From Novakomyces olei (Eukaryota), in assembly GCA_016906335.1 (NCBI GenBank), contig JADEYG010000007.1:2601055-2621054 (forward strand): DNA of 20,000 bases. Reading direction: 5' to 3'. Under the pieces are notes generated by a model. That model was not told the DNA's origin, did no database searches, and saw only the letters and a list, made by a program, of their open reading frames with translations. A program made the translations under genes and the position numbers. This document shows, in pieces, positions 9,869 to 19,835 of the stretch (within the stretch, counting starts at the first letter, position 1; each line of letters starts with the position of its first letter).

Positions 9869-10663
9869 ATGAAGAGCAATACAAGCGAGCTAAGTGCGAT
9901 AAGCTGGGGCGCTGAGGGGATTGCAACCCTTGTTTCAAAAGATGGAGCCACAATAGCGGCGGTTCCGATTCAGTTCACAAATGCAGACCCTCATCCCGTC
10001 AACACAGCAGCTTACCTGTACGATGTTGCGCGGCGGTTGATATCCAACTTTAAAGTGGAGGATATCATTCAGCGGGGTGGGAGCACCGTTAACCCGCAAG
10101 ATCCGCTTACTTCTGGCATATACGCGGTGGATATGCTATTAGACAATATTGAACATCGTCCCGGTCCACAAGGGAAGTCGTACCACAAACGATTTTCTGA
10201 TGCGGATAGTTCATCAACTGTCAGCCGGTCGTCGCGTTCGTCTCAAGCGCAGACGTACTTTCGCGAGGATCTTCTTTTGCGTGATGGACGTTGCGTCTTC
10301 ACAGAAGCCAGAGGGCGTACCGCTGTTGTTGCGTGCCACATTGTTCCCTACAGTCTCGGCGACACGTACCTTTCGGAAATACTGGGAAACCAACAGTTCT
10401 CTGGTATTTACTCTTCTTCGAACGGACTGCTCATGAGGAGGGATATCCATTTCTGTTACGACAGATATCTCCTAGGGTTCTATCGGATTGCGCCAAATGT
10501 ATACGTTATTCATTCCTTTGGGACGGGCTACCGTGAACTTCACGGAAAAATCGTGGATTTTAACATCGAGCCCGGCGATCCTTCTATACCACCTAATGAA
10601 ACACTCATGGCTTGGCACTATTCTCAATGTCTTATGGCAAGGATGCGTCCGTTTGTGGTTTAA
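9869..10663 (+). CDS. HNH endonuclease-domain protein (fungal HNH_2-like), 264 aa
   Basis: FREDLLLRDGRCVFT..ACHIVPYS..NGLLMRRDIHFCYDRYLLGF..LMAWHYSQC matches the fungal HNH pattern with H, N and H present. A short N-terminal domain and Ser/Arg-rich linker precede it. Confidence 0.88.
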   Translation: MKSNTSELSAISWGAEGIATLVSKDGATIAAVPIQFTNADPHPVNTAAYLYDVARRLISNFKVEDIIQRGGSTVNPQDPLTSGIYAVDMLLDNIEHRPGPQGKSYHKRFSDADSSSTVSRSSRSSQAQTYFREDLLLRDGRCVFTEARGRTAVVACHIVPYSLGDTYLSEILGNQQFSGIYSSSNGLLMRRDIHFCYDRYLLGFYRIAPNVYVIHSFGTGYRELHGKIVDFNIEPGDPSIPPNETLMAWHYSQCLMARMRPFVV

Positions 10664-11195
10664 TGAGCGGGTGCGATTCGTGCTTCGACCCTGTTGGACA
10701 ATTCAACAGTATATTCTCATCCCAGGGCTCACTATTATGAGGAAGCTTTATGTTTTTAATGAAGCCTGGGTTTATGGGTATTCTACCCTATGTCTTATAA
10801 TCGAAGACTGTGTAATCTTCTAGGGTTTCAAATGACCCTGCGGTGGGCTCTTTGGCCAAATTTTCGCCAATTTTTGATGCAGGTTTGTCGCTGCGCAGAT
10901 TAAAAAGGCATGCCGACAAGCTGCTTATCCGGCTGCAAGTTCGGCATGTACGTCCTACTGAAAGAGCCATTCATGTGGGCTGCTGGGGTACTGAGCTTCT
11001 TATTGGTGACGGGCACGATTGCCTCACAACTACTCTGCTGCTCCCGCTTGTGTCAAAGGACTCAGACATCAGCGCGCGCAGGTCGCCGCCCTCCCTGTAT
11101 GCCAACAGCAGCTTTTATGCCGATGTGCTGTTTTGTGCAGTAATGCGATCAGTGCCGGAACCACATCAACGCTCGCCGTAAAGTCATAATATCAG

Positions 11196-11786
11196 ATGCG
11201 ATTCTGCAGCGCCCTGCACGACCCATACTTTCATACTCTGCGCGTGGACTCTGTTACGCGAGCAATCAGCATAGACAGCGAAGCAGTAGCGCTTTTCATT
11301 GGTGTAAATTTAACATTCTCCCAGATAGCAGATGATTTATGGGATTTTGGTACAGTGCGTAATGGAAACACTGCACAAAGTCCCGTAAAGCCTACACCTG
11401 CCCTTGAACTTGATGATGAGTTGGATCCTACAGTGCTGCAACACCTGCAGATTTCCGAGAATACCACAATCAAGCCTGCACGCACCGAGCCGCCAAAAGC
11501 TACCGACGCTTTAAATAGGACAATGACGGTTACTGGCTTGAATAAGGGAAAAGATACCAATGAAAGTAAACCTAAAGTTGCTGAACAGACAAGTGACGAC
11601 TGGCTATCGCTGTCAGAATCAACTTTTCATTTAGATAAGCGCGACCGTCTGCTCGAGACACTAAAGCGCCTGCGGCAAAGTGAGGACGCAAAAGTTTTGC
11701 ACGCTGCTCAATTGCTTGCTGATGCCATAACTGCAAGTGAAAAGGAGTGCCCCGATATTTTAACGCGTTTGCTCCACGATGTATAG
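11196..11786 (+). CDS. Hypothetical protein (196 aa or more; may have an upstream exon via a possible intron at 11140-11195)
   Basis: ATG-started ORF with natural composition: globular N-part, P/T/E/K-rich linker and helical C-terminus. A possible GTAATG..CAG 56-bp phase-0 intron would join it to the 10843-11181 frame. No family recognised. Confidence 0.55.
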   Translation: MRFCSALHDPYFHTLRVDSVTRAISIDSEAVALFIGVNLTFSQIADDLWDFGTVRNGNTAQSPVKPTPALELDDELDPTVLQHLQISENTTIKPARTEPPKATDALNRTMTVTGLNKGKDTNESKPKVAEQTSDDWLSLSESTFHLDKRDRLLETLKRLRQSEDAKVLHAAQLLADAITASEKECPDILTRLLHDV

Positions 11787-12210
11787 AGAGGTTCAACATC
11801 CAGGTGAGATTGTGGCCTTTTTATCGAGATTTATGTTCCATTCGCCTGTGATTATTTGTAGTTTGTTCAAGAGTGGATTGTAGAACGTGGAGGTTTTGAC
11901 GAGATCAATTTGGCCGTTTGCACGCCGTCTCACCGTATTAGTTGAAATCTTTATGGCCAAACTGTAATAGATTACATAACGTATCAAAATGTGCAGCTCA
12001 ATCGTGCAGTCATCGAAGCGATTACTAAACAAGCACAACAAGTGTCTCATGAGCACCTTGCATTATTTGGACAACAAAAGATTTCGTCTCTTGATTTTGG
12101 TAGGCAAAGTAACGATGCCGTCTCACGTGCGCAACCTTCATGGATAAACTGTAAAACTCGTGCATAAACGAAAATATTAATAGTTTAAAAAGATGCATTC
12201 TATCGTGTTC

Positions 12211-12240
12211 ATTGCAGACTGTTGGATTGCAGACTGTTGG
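12211..12240. repeat. Perfect 15-bp tandem duplication
   Basis: ATTGCAGACTGTTGG x2. Confidence 0.9.
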
Positions 12241-13414
12241 AAATAATCAAAATAATACTAAGGATTGATCTACGTTTAGTGATTTAAATAGAAAACTATA
12301 TAAGTACAGGTAGCACCTAGATTCAAATTTAGATGGCATTCAAGCTAATTCACTGCTTATAAAACACAACTTTCCAACACAAACTAATAGGATGCAACAC
12401 GCTTTAAATACGTGCAAATAACTGCATGGCCTCTACTCGAAACTGTAATTTGAATGTCAAATAATCCATTCATGCACACATGCTGTAATTAATTACCAAG
12501 CCCATGCTAACAAGCAATTCATATTTACGCGTGACAGGCAACCTTGCTTCCATTAATTTTGGATACCACAGGTTTGTTTGTGGAAGAGCGTTTTTATGAG
12601 AGGAATTCTGGTCTACAGCCATGCTTTCAGCTGCTGTGCCCGATGAGCAGCTTTTTGTTATTGAGCAACATGGTTTGGTCGAATTGTTGGAGAGCTCGGA
12701 ATAGCCATAATTTAATCCTTCATATTGACTCAAAGCACTTGGGATGTAAGTGCATACATCACATGGCGGCTGTTTCCTGTATCAAGGTTCCAGGCACCAA
12801 TGTTTTGCCTCGCGCTATGCGCATAAGAATCGGGTATGAGATAAAAGTTGCCTTCCTTGTCCCAGCCTCATAAATCAGCCAGTCCACCTGAACAGTGGCA
12901 GGTCAAAACGATGGACGGAAGCCGGCACTCGAACGCAACCCACTCATACTTATTTCTTTCGGCTAAAGCCACATTCCAGCCAACACGCCATTCCAACAAA
13001 TAATACTGTATCAGTCACGACTTCCCCTTACTTTCGACATATTTCTTGCCAGCTATCGTCGCCATGTCACCGCCACTGCCACAGCTATTTCTATATTACT
13101 CCAGCGCTCATACAGTCCCTTCGCCACTGGTGCTGCCATGCGACGGAGTTGGAATCGCCAGCAATAACTGGAATTGTGGAGGCAGGAACTCCGTCAAAAA
13201 ATATTACTTGATTTCTGTCCGTTCAATACGCGAGGCTCTTGAATGCTCATGATGGGTTGTATCGCTATTGGTGAACTAATGGAATCAAAATAAAAACGCC
13301 AACAATATGCTAAACAAAATGCAATTTAAATATGCTCAATAATATGCCATAACTATGCCAGACTTTAAAGCCTGGACGAAAATGAAAGGGTATTATACAT
13401 CACTGGCCCCCGGC

Positions 13415-16116
13415 CTACTTGACCCTTCTTGCCTTTTTCTTCGGGACTCCCTGGCCTTCATGAATTTCTTCGTCCTCCTGACCACCCTGATTCCCATGGT
13501 CTCTACGATTTTCATATTCTCTCTGGAATTTATAGCTGCCATAGGCTTCGTGGCCTCTCTGTCCCCATGGATCTCGTAACCTCAGTGACCTCCGTGGCCC
13601 TTCTGGCTTCCCTGCCTCCTGGCCTCCCTGGCTGACCTGATTGACCTGGCCTCCCTGGAGTTCACCGCCTCCTTGGACCCCCTTTCGTTGCAGATTTTCC
13701 AGCCGCTCCACTTCGCTGCTCAATATATTGAGAATTTTGTCATACAATTCTTCACCTTGTTCGATACGTACGCCTCTTGAATCTTTCATGAACAATGCAA
13801 TGCGAAGCTTTTCCATGCATCCCATCAAAGGCTTATGGTCATTAGTGAAATTTTCCGACATTTCGCGCATAAAAATATCGGGATTCTCAACGATTTTTGA
13901 TTTATACGCCGAGACCTTTGACATACTGGCATAGTTCCAATCATCATACGGAGAATTCTGATTAATAGGCTGTCCATTTTGGAAATAGTGAGTCAAAATC
14001 CAGTAAGCCACCCAAAAGTGCGACTCAATGTCGTGCATCATGGTATGATCTTCTCCGTCTAGTAAAGGTATCGCCATAAACGGCCTCGTTCCTGTTCTCT
14101 CCATCGCGCCTGACAGACCAGCTTGGCTGATCCTGATCGCAAACTCAAGATCAATAAGAAATGCCCGCCGAGACCCTGGATTTTCAGACCCCTCATTCAT
14201 CATCAAGTTCCCGATCGAAATGTCCCGGTGCAGAATATCATTCTTCACAAGCGACCGGTGGCCCTCAAGACATCCCATTATCCCTTTCAGTAGCTCTATG
14301 TGTGAACTTGCCTTGTACAATGGCTTCCCGTAGTCCAACACAACGACTCGTCGATGGACTCGGTTTTTGATTTTCGCATCCAAAGAATCAATCTGCTTTG
14401 CTGGCGACGACTCTCCGGACCTCTCCTCCGCATTCTCCTCTATATTCCATAATGGAGATTTCGCTGACCGAGTACTGCTTCGCCGCATGTCAAGTGCTGA
14501 AGTGCCCGATCCGGTCGATCCTCTCGACCATCTTGCTCCAAGATCCGGAATTGCCTTTTTTAGAGCTCCGGTCATGTCTAATCCATTCCGCACATTGCTC
14601 ATAAGATCGTCTTCCTTGCCATCAATGTGAACCACCTCATGGTGATAATATCGCGAAATATTCTCGACACCACGAGTACCCGCTAGCTTAAGCAGCTCCC
14701 CTTCTTCCCTTCGCTCCGGCTCCTGCCACGAGTCTTTGATCACTCTGACTGCGCTCTTATCCCCTTCTCGGTGCGCCAGCCATACCGTCGTGCCTCTGCA
14801 CGCAATTCCGCTCGAAGTCTTCAACACTTTGTCAATTATAAGTCGCTCACGCGTCCGCCCTAGTTTAATATCGATATATCTATCTTTCTCTCTACTGACA
14901 ATTGTCGGATCGTAACCCAGCTCTTTCTCTCCCATCGTAAGGAAAAACAGCATCACGTAGACTATCAGGCCTGTTGCTTTGTTGATGTCGAATGCTTTTG
15001 ATGCTATCGCCCCACATCGATCATATTTCCACACCCTCATCGACGAGTCGCAAAGCGTAAATCCCAAAACATATCGACGGTTATCCTGCGCTCGAAATAT
15101 TTCCTTTATATACTTTGCAAGGCCAAGCCATGCTTGTGCAGGGCTATCGGCCTTACGACTGCTTTTTAGCTCTCCCACAACCAAGACGTTGTTCCATTGT
15201 TTATCAGCATTTCGCTTTATGAAGAAAATGTCAGGTTTGCGTGCGAACTTTCCAGGGAGAGGTTTATTCGCCGCAGACATTGTAGTTCGCCGCACCTCTG
15301 TGCCTTTAATTCGCTTGTAAATGTTGCTTATTTGCGTTACAAAACTCTTGAGCCAATCTAGCACCGCTGCCTCCTTCGCTGATTTGGGCCAATCCTTCAA
15401 TTTACCGTTTTTGAAGAGTAAGTTTTCTTGGTTTGCCTCTTTAACCACTCTCGCCGATAGTTTATTGAGCGATTTTTTCTGAGTGGACAAAATATCCTCC
15501 ACCTCAAAGTTGATATAGAAAAATTTAAGTTCAGCTTTGATTTGCTCTTCGACCTCTATTGATCGTTCGCTAGAATTGTACGCAATAGAATTAATATTGA
15601 GTGGCGTCCCAGGAGCTTGTTTTGGTGGCTCTTCCTTCGTTTGGCTTTGAGCTTGCCTTAATCGCTCGACCTTCCTTTGGCTTTCCGCTACAACATCGTT
15701 CAGTTTCTCCCAAATCTCTAAGTCGTTATCATGTTTAAATGCAGCCGTCAGGACTGGGGCAATGTCATGATAGTAAAGCCGGATATCAGAGGCAATGTCG
15801 TTAACTAGTTCACTTATAGCAGGTTGAACATCCTCCGCCACAGCACTCAACTGCGGAAGCAAGATTCTAGCCAGCCTAAAATAGTCTATAGATGTTAGGC
15901 ATAAAGAAAAATCGACGAGACCCAATCGTTACCTTTTTCATGGAGCAAAAGGGCATTATACTGTCCTGAAGGGTCTCTATAGCCTGCTTTGTCAATCCGA
16001 CGTAAACTTTCGTAAAAGTAATATAAATGCGGTGTAAAGGGATTATCGTTAAGCATTCGTCGAATTCCATCGTTTATCTCGACCGCACCGGGCTCTGGCC
16101 TTAAAGGTTCCGCCAT
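13415..16116 (-). CDS. Fungal-type protein kinase (FunK1/Sgk2, Pkinase_fungal family) with PD-(D/E)xK-like N-terminal region, ~884 aa. Exons 16116-15933 and 15885-13415; 47-bp intron 15932-15886
   Basis: RKPDIFF..WNNVLVVGELK..LAKYIKEIFRAQDNRRYVLGFTL..WKYDRCG, then CRGTTVW, VIKDSWQ, NRVHRRVV, ILHRDISIGNLM, LIDLEFA, RTGTRPFMA and HDIESHFWV. The GTAACG..CTAAC..TATAG intron joins MAEPLRPE...LLHEK to DYFRLAR in frame (2655 nt). Confidence 0.92.
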
Positions 16117-16175
16117 CGCCGCTGCGGTCAAGGTGGGAACGCGACTCGAGCCAATGAATGCATGTTGGATATACA

Positions 16176-16212
16176 CTAGCTATTATTAGTAGTGACATTT
16201 CGACGAAAAGTC
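16176..16212 (-). repeat. Right 37-bp inverted repeat
   Basis: CTAGCTATTATTAGTAGTGACATTTCGACGAAAAGTC; its reverse complement matches 9666-9702 at 33/37. Confidence 0.9.
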
Positions 16213-16285
16213 GTATTATTGCATAGAATGCTTCTTGTTTTGTGAAAAGATATATTAAAGATTATTTCTGCCAGCATTTATAACA

Positions 16286-16323
16286 GTTAGTGTTAGGGTT
16301 ATGTAACTAACCCTAACCCTAAC
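16286..16323. repeat. Head-to-head interstitial telomeric repeats
   Basis: GTTAGTGTTAGGGTTATG is immediately followed by TAACTAACCCTAACCCTAAC. Confidence 0.8.
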
Positions 16324-16481
16324 TTATTCTGGCTTACTAGATATATTCAAACCGGAATTATGGCGAAATTCCATTTTTATGTAATGTGATTCTTATTATG
16401 TATAATTCTAGTCAGGGTTTTCGCTTTTCCTTTACGCCATAATTCCATTTCGAAAAATAATTAATGTATGAGGGGGGGGTC

Positions 16482-16635
16482 ATGCCAATTTCCTTAGCAT
16501 TCCCGCGAATTATGGCGTAATTCTAATAAGAATGGTAGGAGAAACGTGGAGGCAGGGTTTTTTAGGGAGAATTTTCCGACTAAATTCCAAATTATAATAT
16601 GGGAAATTGCGCGGGAATGCTAAGGAAATTGGCAT
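16482..16635. repeat. 154-bp segment with perfect 26-bp terminal inverted repeats (MITE-like), copy 1
   Basis: ATGCCAATTTCCTTAGCATTCCCGCG at 16482-16507 and its exact reverse complement at 16610-16635. Confidence 0.85.
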
Positions 16636-17064
16636 AAACGGGGGTAAGAACGACGTAAGAGCAAAAATAGTTTCCGCCTTAATTCCAAAACATTGGCAAA
16701 CCATATTGCGGCGAGGGTAGGGTTGCTGAATTTATAAAATATAATTATTATACAAGATGGTCTACACATATTATAGCTATCTGATAATATAATAAAAATA
16801 TTATAGAGAGAGCCCCATAGTAATAAAGTATAATAAGAAAAACGTCAGAAAAATAAGAAAAATTAAGAGTGTGTAGTCCATGTGTAGAGGTGACAAAACG
16901 TCGAATGAACAAGTGTTTTTACAAAAAGTGTATGGTTGGATAGAGGGGTGCAGTAGGAGTGTAAATATATACTTGTTTACAAGATTGGATTAGTAATTAT
17001 GGAGATATATGGGTTTAAAGATTTATAAAAAGCTCATGACGGCGCAGGATGCATTTTATGTGGC

Positions 17065-17710
17065 ATTATAATAATGTATAGTAGAATAATTTATTGTAAA
17101 GCAATGTATGTATAATAATGTATAGTATAATAATGTATGGTAATTTAATGTATAGGAATAATGTATGTATAATAATGTATGGTATAATAATGTATGGTAT
17201 AATAATATATGGTAGAATAATGTATTGTAAAGTTATTGTAAAGTAATGTATGTATAATAATGTATGGAGGAATAATGTATGGAGGAATAATGTATGTATA
17301 ATAATGTGTGGTATAATAATATATGGTAAAATAATGTATTGTAAAGTGAATAATGTATGTATAATAATGTATGGTATAATAATGTATTGTAAAGTAAAGT
17401 ATGTATAATAATGTATGGTAAATAATATATGGTAGAATAATGTATTGTAAAGTTATTGTAAAGTAATGTATGTATAATAATATATGGTAGAATCATATGG
17501 TATAATAATATATGGCATTATAATGTATGGTATAATAATATATGGTGGAATAATGTATGGAGGAATAATGTATGTATAATAATGTATGGTATAATAATAT
17601 ATGGGGGATTAATGTATGGGAATAATGTATGGGGAATTAATGTATGGGGGATTAATGTATGGAGAATAATGTGTATGGGGGAATAATGTATGGGGGAATA
17701 ATGTACGGTG
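17065..17710. repeat. AT-rich minisatellite, 14-15-bp unit (consensus ATAATAATGTATGGT)
   Basis: Dozens of variant copies (ATAATAATGTATGT, GAATAATGTATGGAG, ATAATGTATTGTAAAGT). Confidence 0.92.
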
Positions 17711-18203
17711 ATATTTATTTAGGGTTAGGGTTATTTATGATCGAATGGAGTAGAGAATTATATTGAGATTGTTGGATATGAAAGGGAGGGAGAGAGTTGG
17801 AGTTGAGATAGGAAGTAAAGGGAAATAGAAAATGGGAATAGAGTAATGTAGAAGTTGCCAAAAAAATGTTTGATAAAGGACAGTTATTGAAAGGAAGATT
17901 GTTTTAATATTATTTAGTATTTTATAATATTTGGTTAAAGTTTAGAAAGGATCAAATAAAAATGATGATGTAAAAGTTTTAAAAGGGCGGAAAATGTGAA
18001 TAATAATAGATTGAAGGGGTGTGAGGGGATGTGGAAAAGTGATGGGAGATGTTAGGCCTAGATATATTCAAGACGGAATTATGGCGAAATTCCATTTTTA
18101 TGTAATGTGATTCTTATTATGTATAATTCTAGTCAGGGTTTTCGCTTTTCCTTTACGCCACAATTCCATTTCGAAAAATAATTAATGTATGAGGGGGGGG
18201 GTC

Positions 18204-18357
18204 ATGCCAATTTCCTTAGCATTCCCGCGAATTATGGCGTAATTCTAATAAGAATGGTAGGAGAAACGTGGAGGCAGGGTTTTTTAGGGAGAATTTTCCG
18301 ACTAAATTCCAAATTATAATATGGGAAATTGCGCGGGAATGCTAAGGAAATTGGCAT
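18204..18357. repeat. 154-bp segment with 26-bp inverted repeats, copy 2
   Basis: Same arms at 18204-18229 and 18332-18357. Confidence 0.85.
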
Positions 18358-18782
18358 AAACGGGGGTAAGAACGACGTAAGAGCAAAAATAGTTTCCGCC
18401 TTAATTCCAAAACATTGGCCATATTGCGGCGAGGGTAGGGTTGCTGAATTTATAAAATATAATTATTATACAAGATGGTCTACACATATTATAGCTATCT
18501 GATAATATAATAAAAATATTATAGAGAGAGCCCCATAGTAATAAAGTATAATAAGAAAAACGTGAGAAAAATAAGAAAAATTAAGAGTGTGTAGTCCATG
18601 TGTAGAGGTGACAAAACGTCGAATGAACAAGTGTTTTTACAAAAAGTGTATGGTTGGATAGAGGGGAGCCGTAGGAGTGTAAATATATATTTGTTTACAA
18701 GATTGGATTAGTAATTATGGAGATATATGGGTTTAAAGATTTATAAAAAGCTCATGACGGCGCAGGATGCATTTTATGTGGC

Positions 18783-19435
18783 ATTATAATAATGTATAGT
18801 AGAATAATTTATTGTAAAGCAATGTATGTATAATAATGTATAGTATAATAATGTATGGTAATTTAATGTATAGGAATAATGTATGTATAATAATGTATGG
18901 TATAATAATGTATGGAGGAATAATGTATGTATAATAATGTGTGGTATAATAATATATGGTAAAATAATGTATTGTAAAGTGAATAATGTATGTATAATAA
19001 TGTATGGTATAATAATGTATTGTAAAGTGAATAATGTATGTATAATAATGTATGGTATAATAATGTATGGTAGAATAATATATGGCATTATAATGTATGG
19101 TATTATAATATATGGTAGAATAATGTATGGAGGAATAATGTAAAGAGGAATAATGTATGTATAATAATGTATGGTATAATAATATATGGCATTATAATGT
19201 ATTGTAAAGTAATGTATGTATAATAATGTATGGTATAATAATATATGGTAGAATAATGTATGGAGGAATAATGTATGGAAGAATAATGTATGGAAGAATA
19301 ATGTATGGATGAATAATGTATGGGGATAATGTATGGTGTTAATATATAGTATTAATGTATGGGGGCATAATATGAGAGTTGTTCAGTTAGGGTTAGGGTT
19401 ATTTATTGGGATAATGTATGGGGTATTATAATGTA
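18783..19435. repeat. AT-rich minisatellite, copy 2
   Basis: Same 14-15-bp ATAATAATGTATGGT family with a different order of variants. Confidence 0.92.
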
Positions 19436-19835
19436 TGAGTTAGTTGTTTTATTAGGGTTAGGGTTATTTATCATGGAGTGGAGTAGAGAAATTTGTTGAG
19501 ATTGTTGGATAAAGGAAAGGATGGAGAGAGTTGGAGTTGAGATGGGAAATAGAAGTAGAAAATGGGAATAGATTTATGTAGATTTTGGCAAAAAAAGGTT
19601 GAAAAAGGAGAGTAGTTGAAAGAAAGATTGTGATAATATTGTATAGTATGATATAGAATTGTATGTTAGATTATAAAGGGATCAAGCATAATTAAAGATA
19701 TGAAAGATAAAAAAAGGCAGAGAATGAGAATAATAATTGATTGAAGTGGTGTGGGGGATGGTGAAAAGAGATGGGAGATGAAGAAAGACAGATTTTGGAA
19801 GAGTTGAGGGAAGTATATGGAAGTTGATGGAGATT

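Larger units (their letters stand above)
9666..16212. mobile_element. Putative inverted-repeat-bounded element or cassette carrying HNH nuclease, orphan ORF and FunK1-type kinase
   Basis: 37-bp inverted repeats at both ends, convergent outer genes and subtelomeric position. No target-site duplication or transposase was seen, so mobility is inferred only. Confidence 0.4.
16337..18051. repeat. Subtelomeric ~1.72-kb unit, copy 1
   Basis: Runs from CTAGATATATTCAA to GATGGGAGATG and is colinear with 18058-19780. Confidence 0.93.
18058..19780. repeat. Subtelomeric ~1.72-kb unit, copy 2
   Basis: Direct repeat of 16337-18051. The first ~0.8 kb is nearly identical; the last ~0.33 kb is clearly diverged. 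Confidence 0.93.

Noticed and set aside
13355-15320. Plus-strand ORFs antisense to the FunK1 gene
   Set aside because: Antisense shadows with no recognisable motifs.
9666-16212. Classical autonomous TIR transposon, Helitron or Starship
   Set aside because: No DDE transposase, Rep-helicase or tyrosine-recombinase captain and no target-site duplication were seen. Kept only as an unclassified cassette.
17233-19143. ORFs 17233-17496, 18774-19088 and 18883-19143
   Set aside because: They are translations of the minisatellite (Y/I/H/L repeats), with no evidence of coding function.
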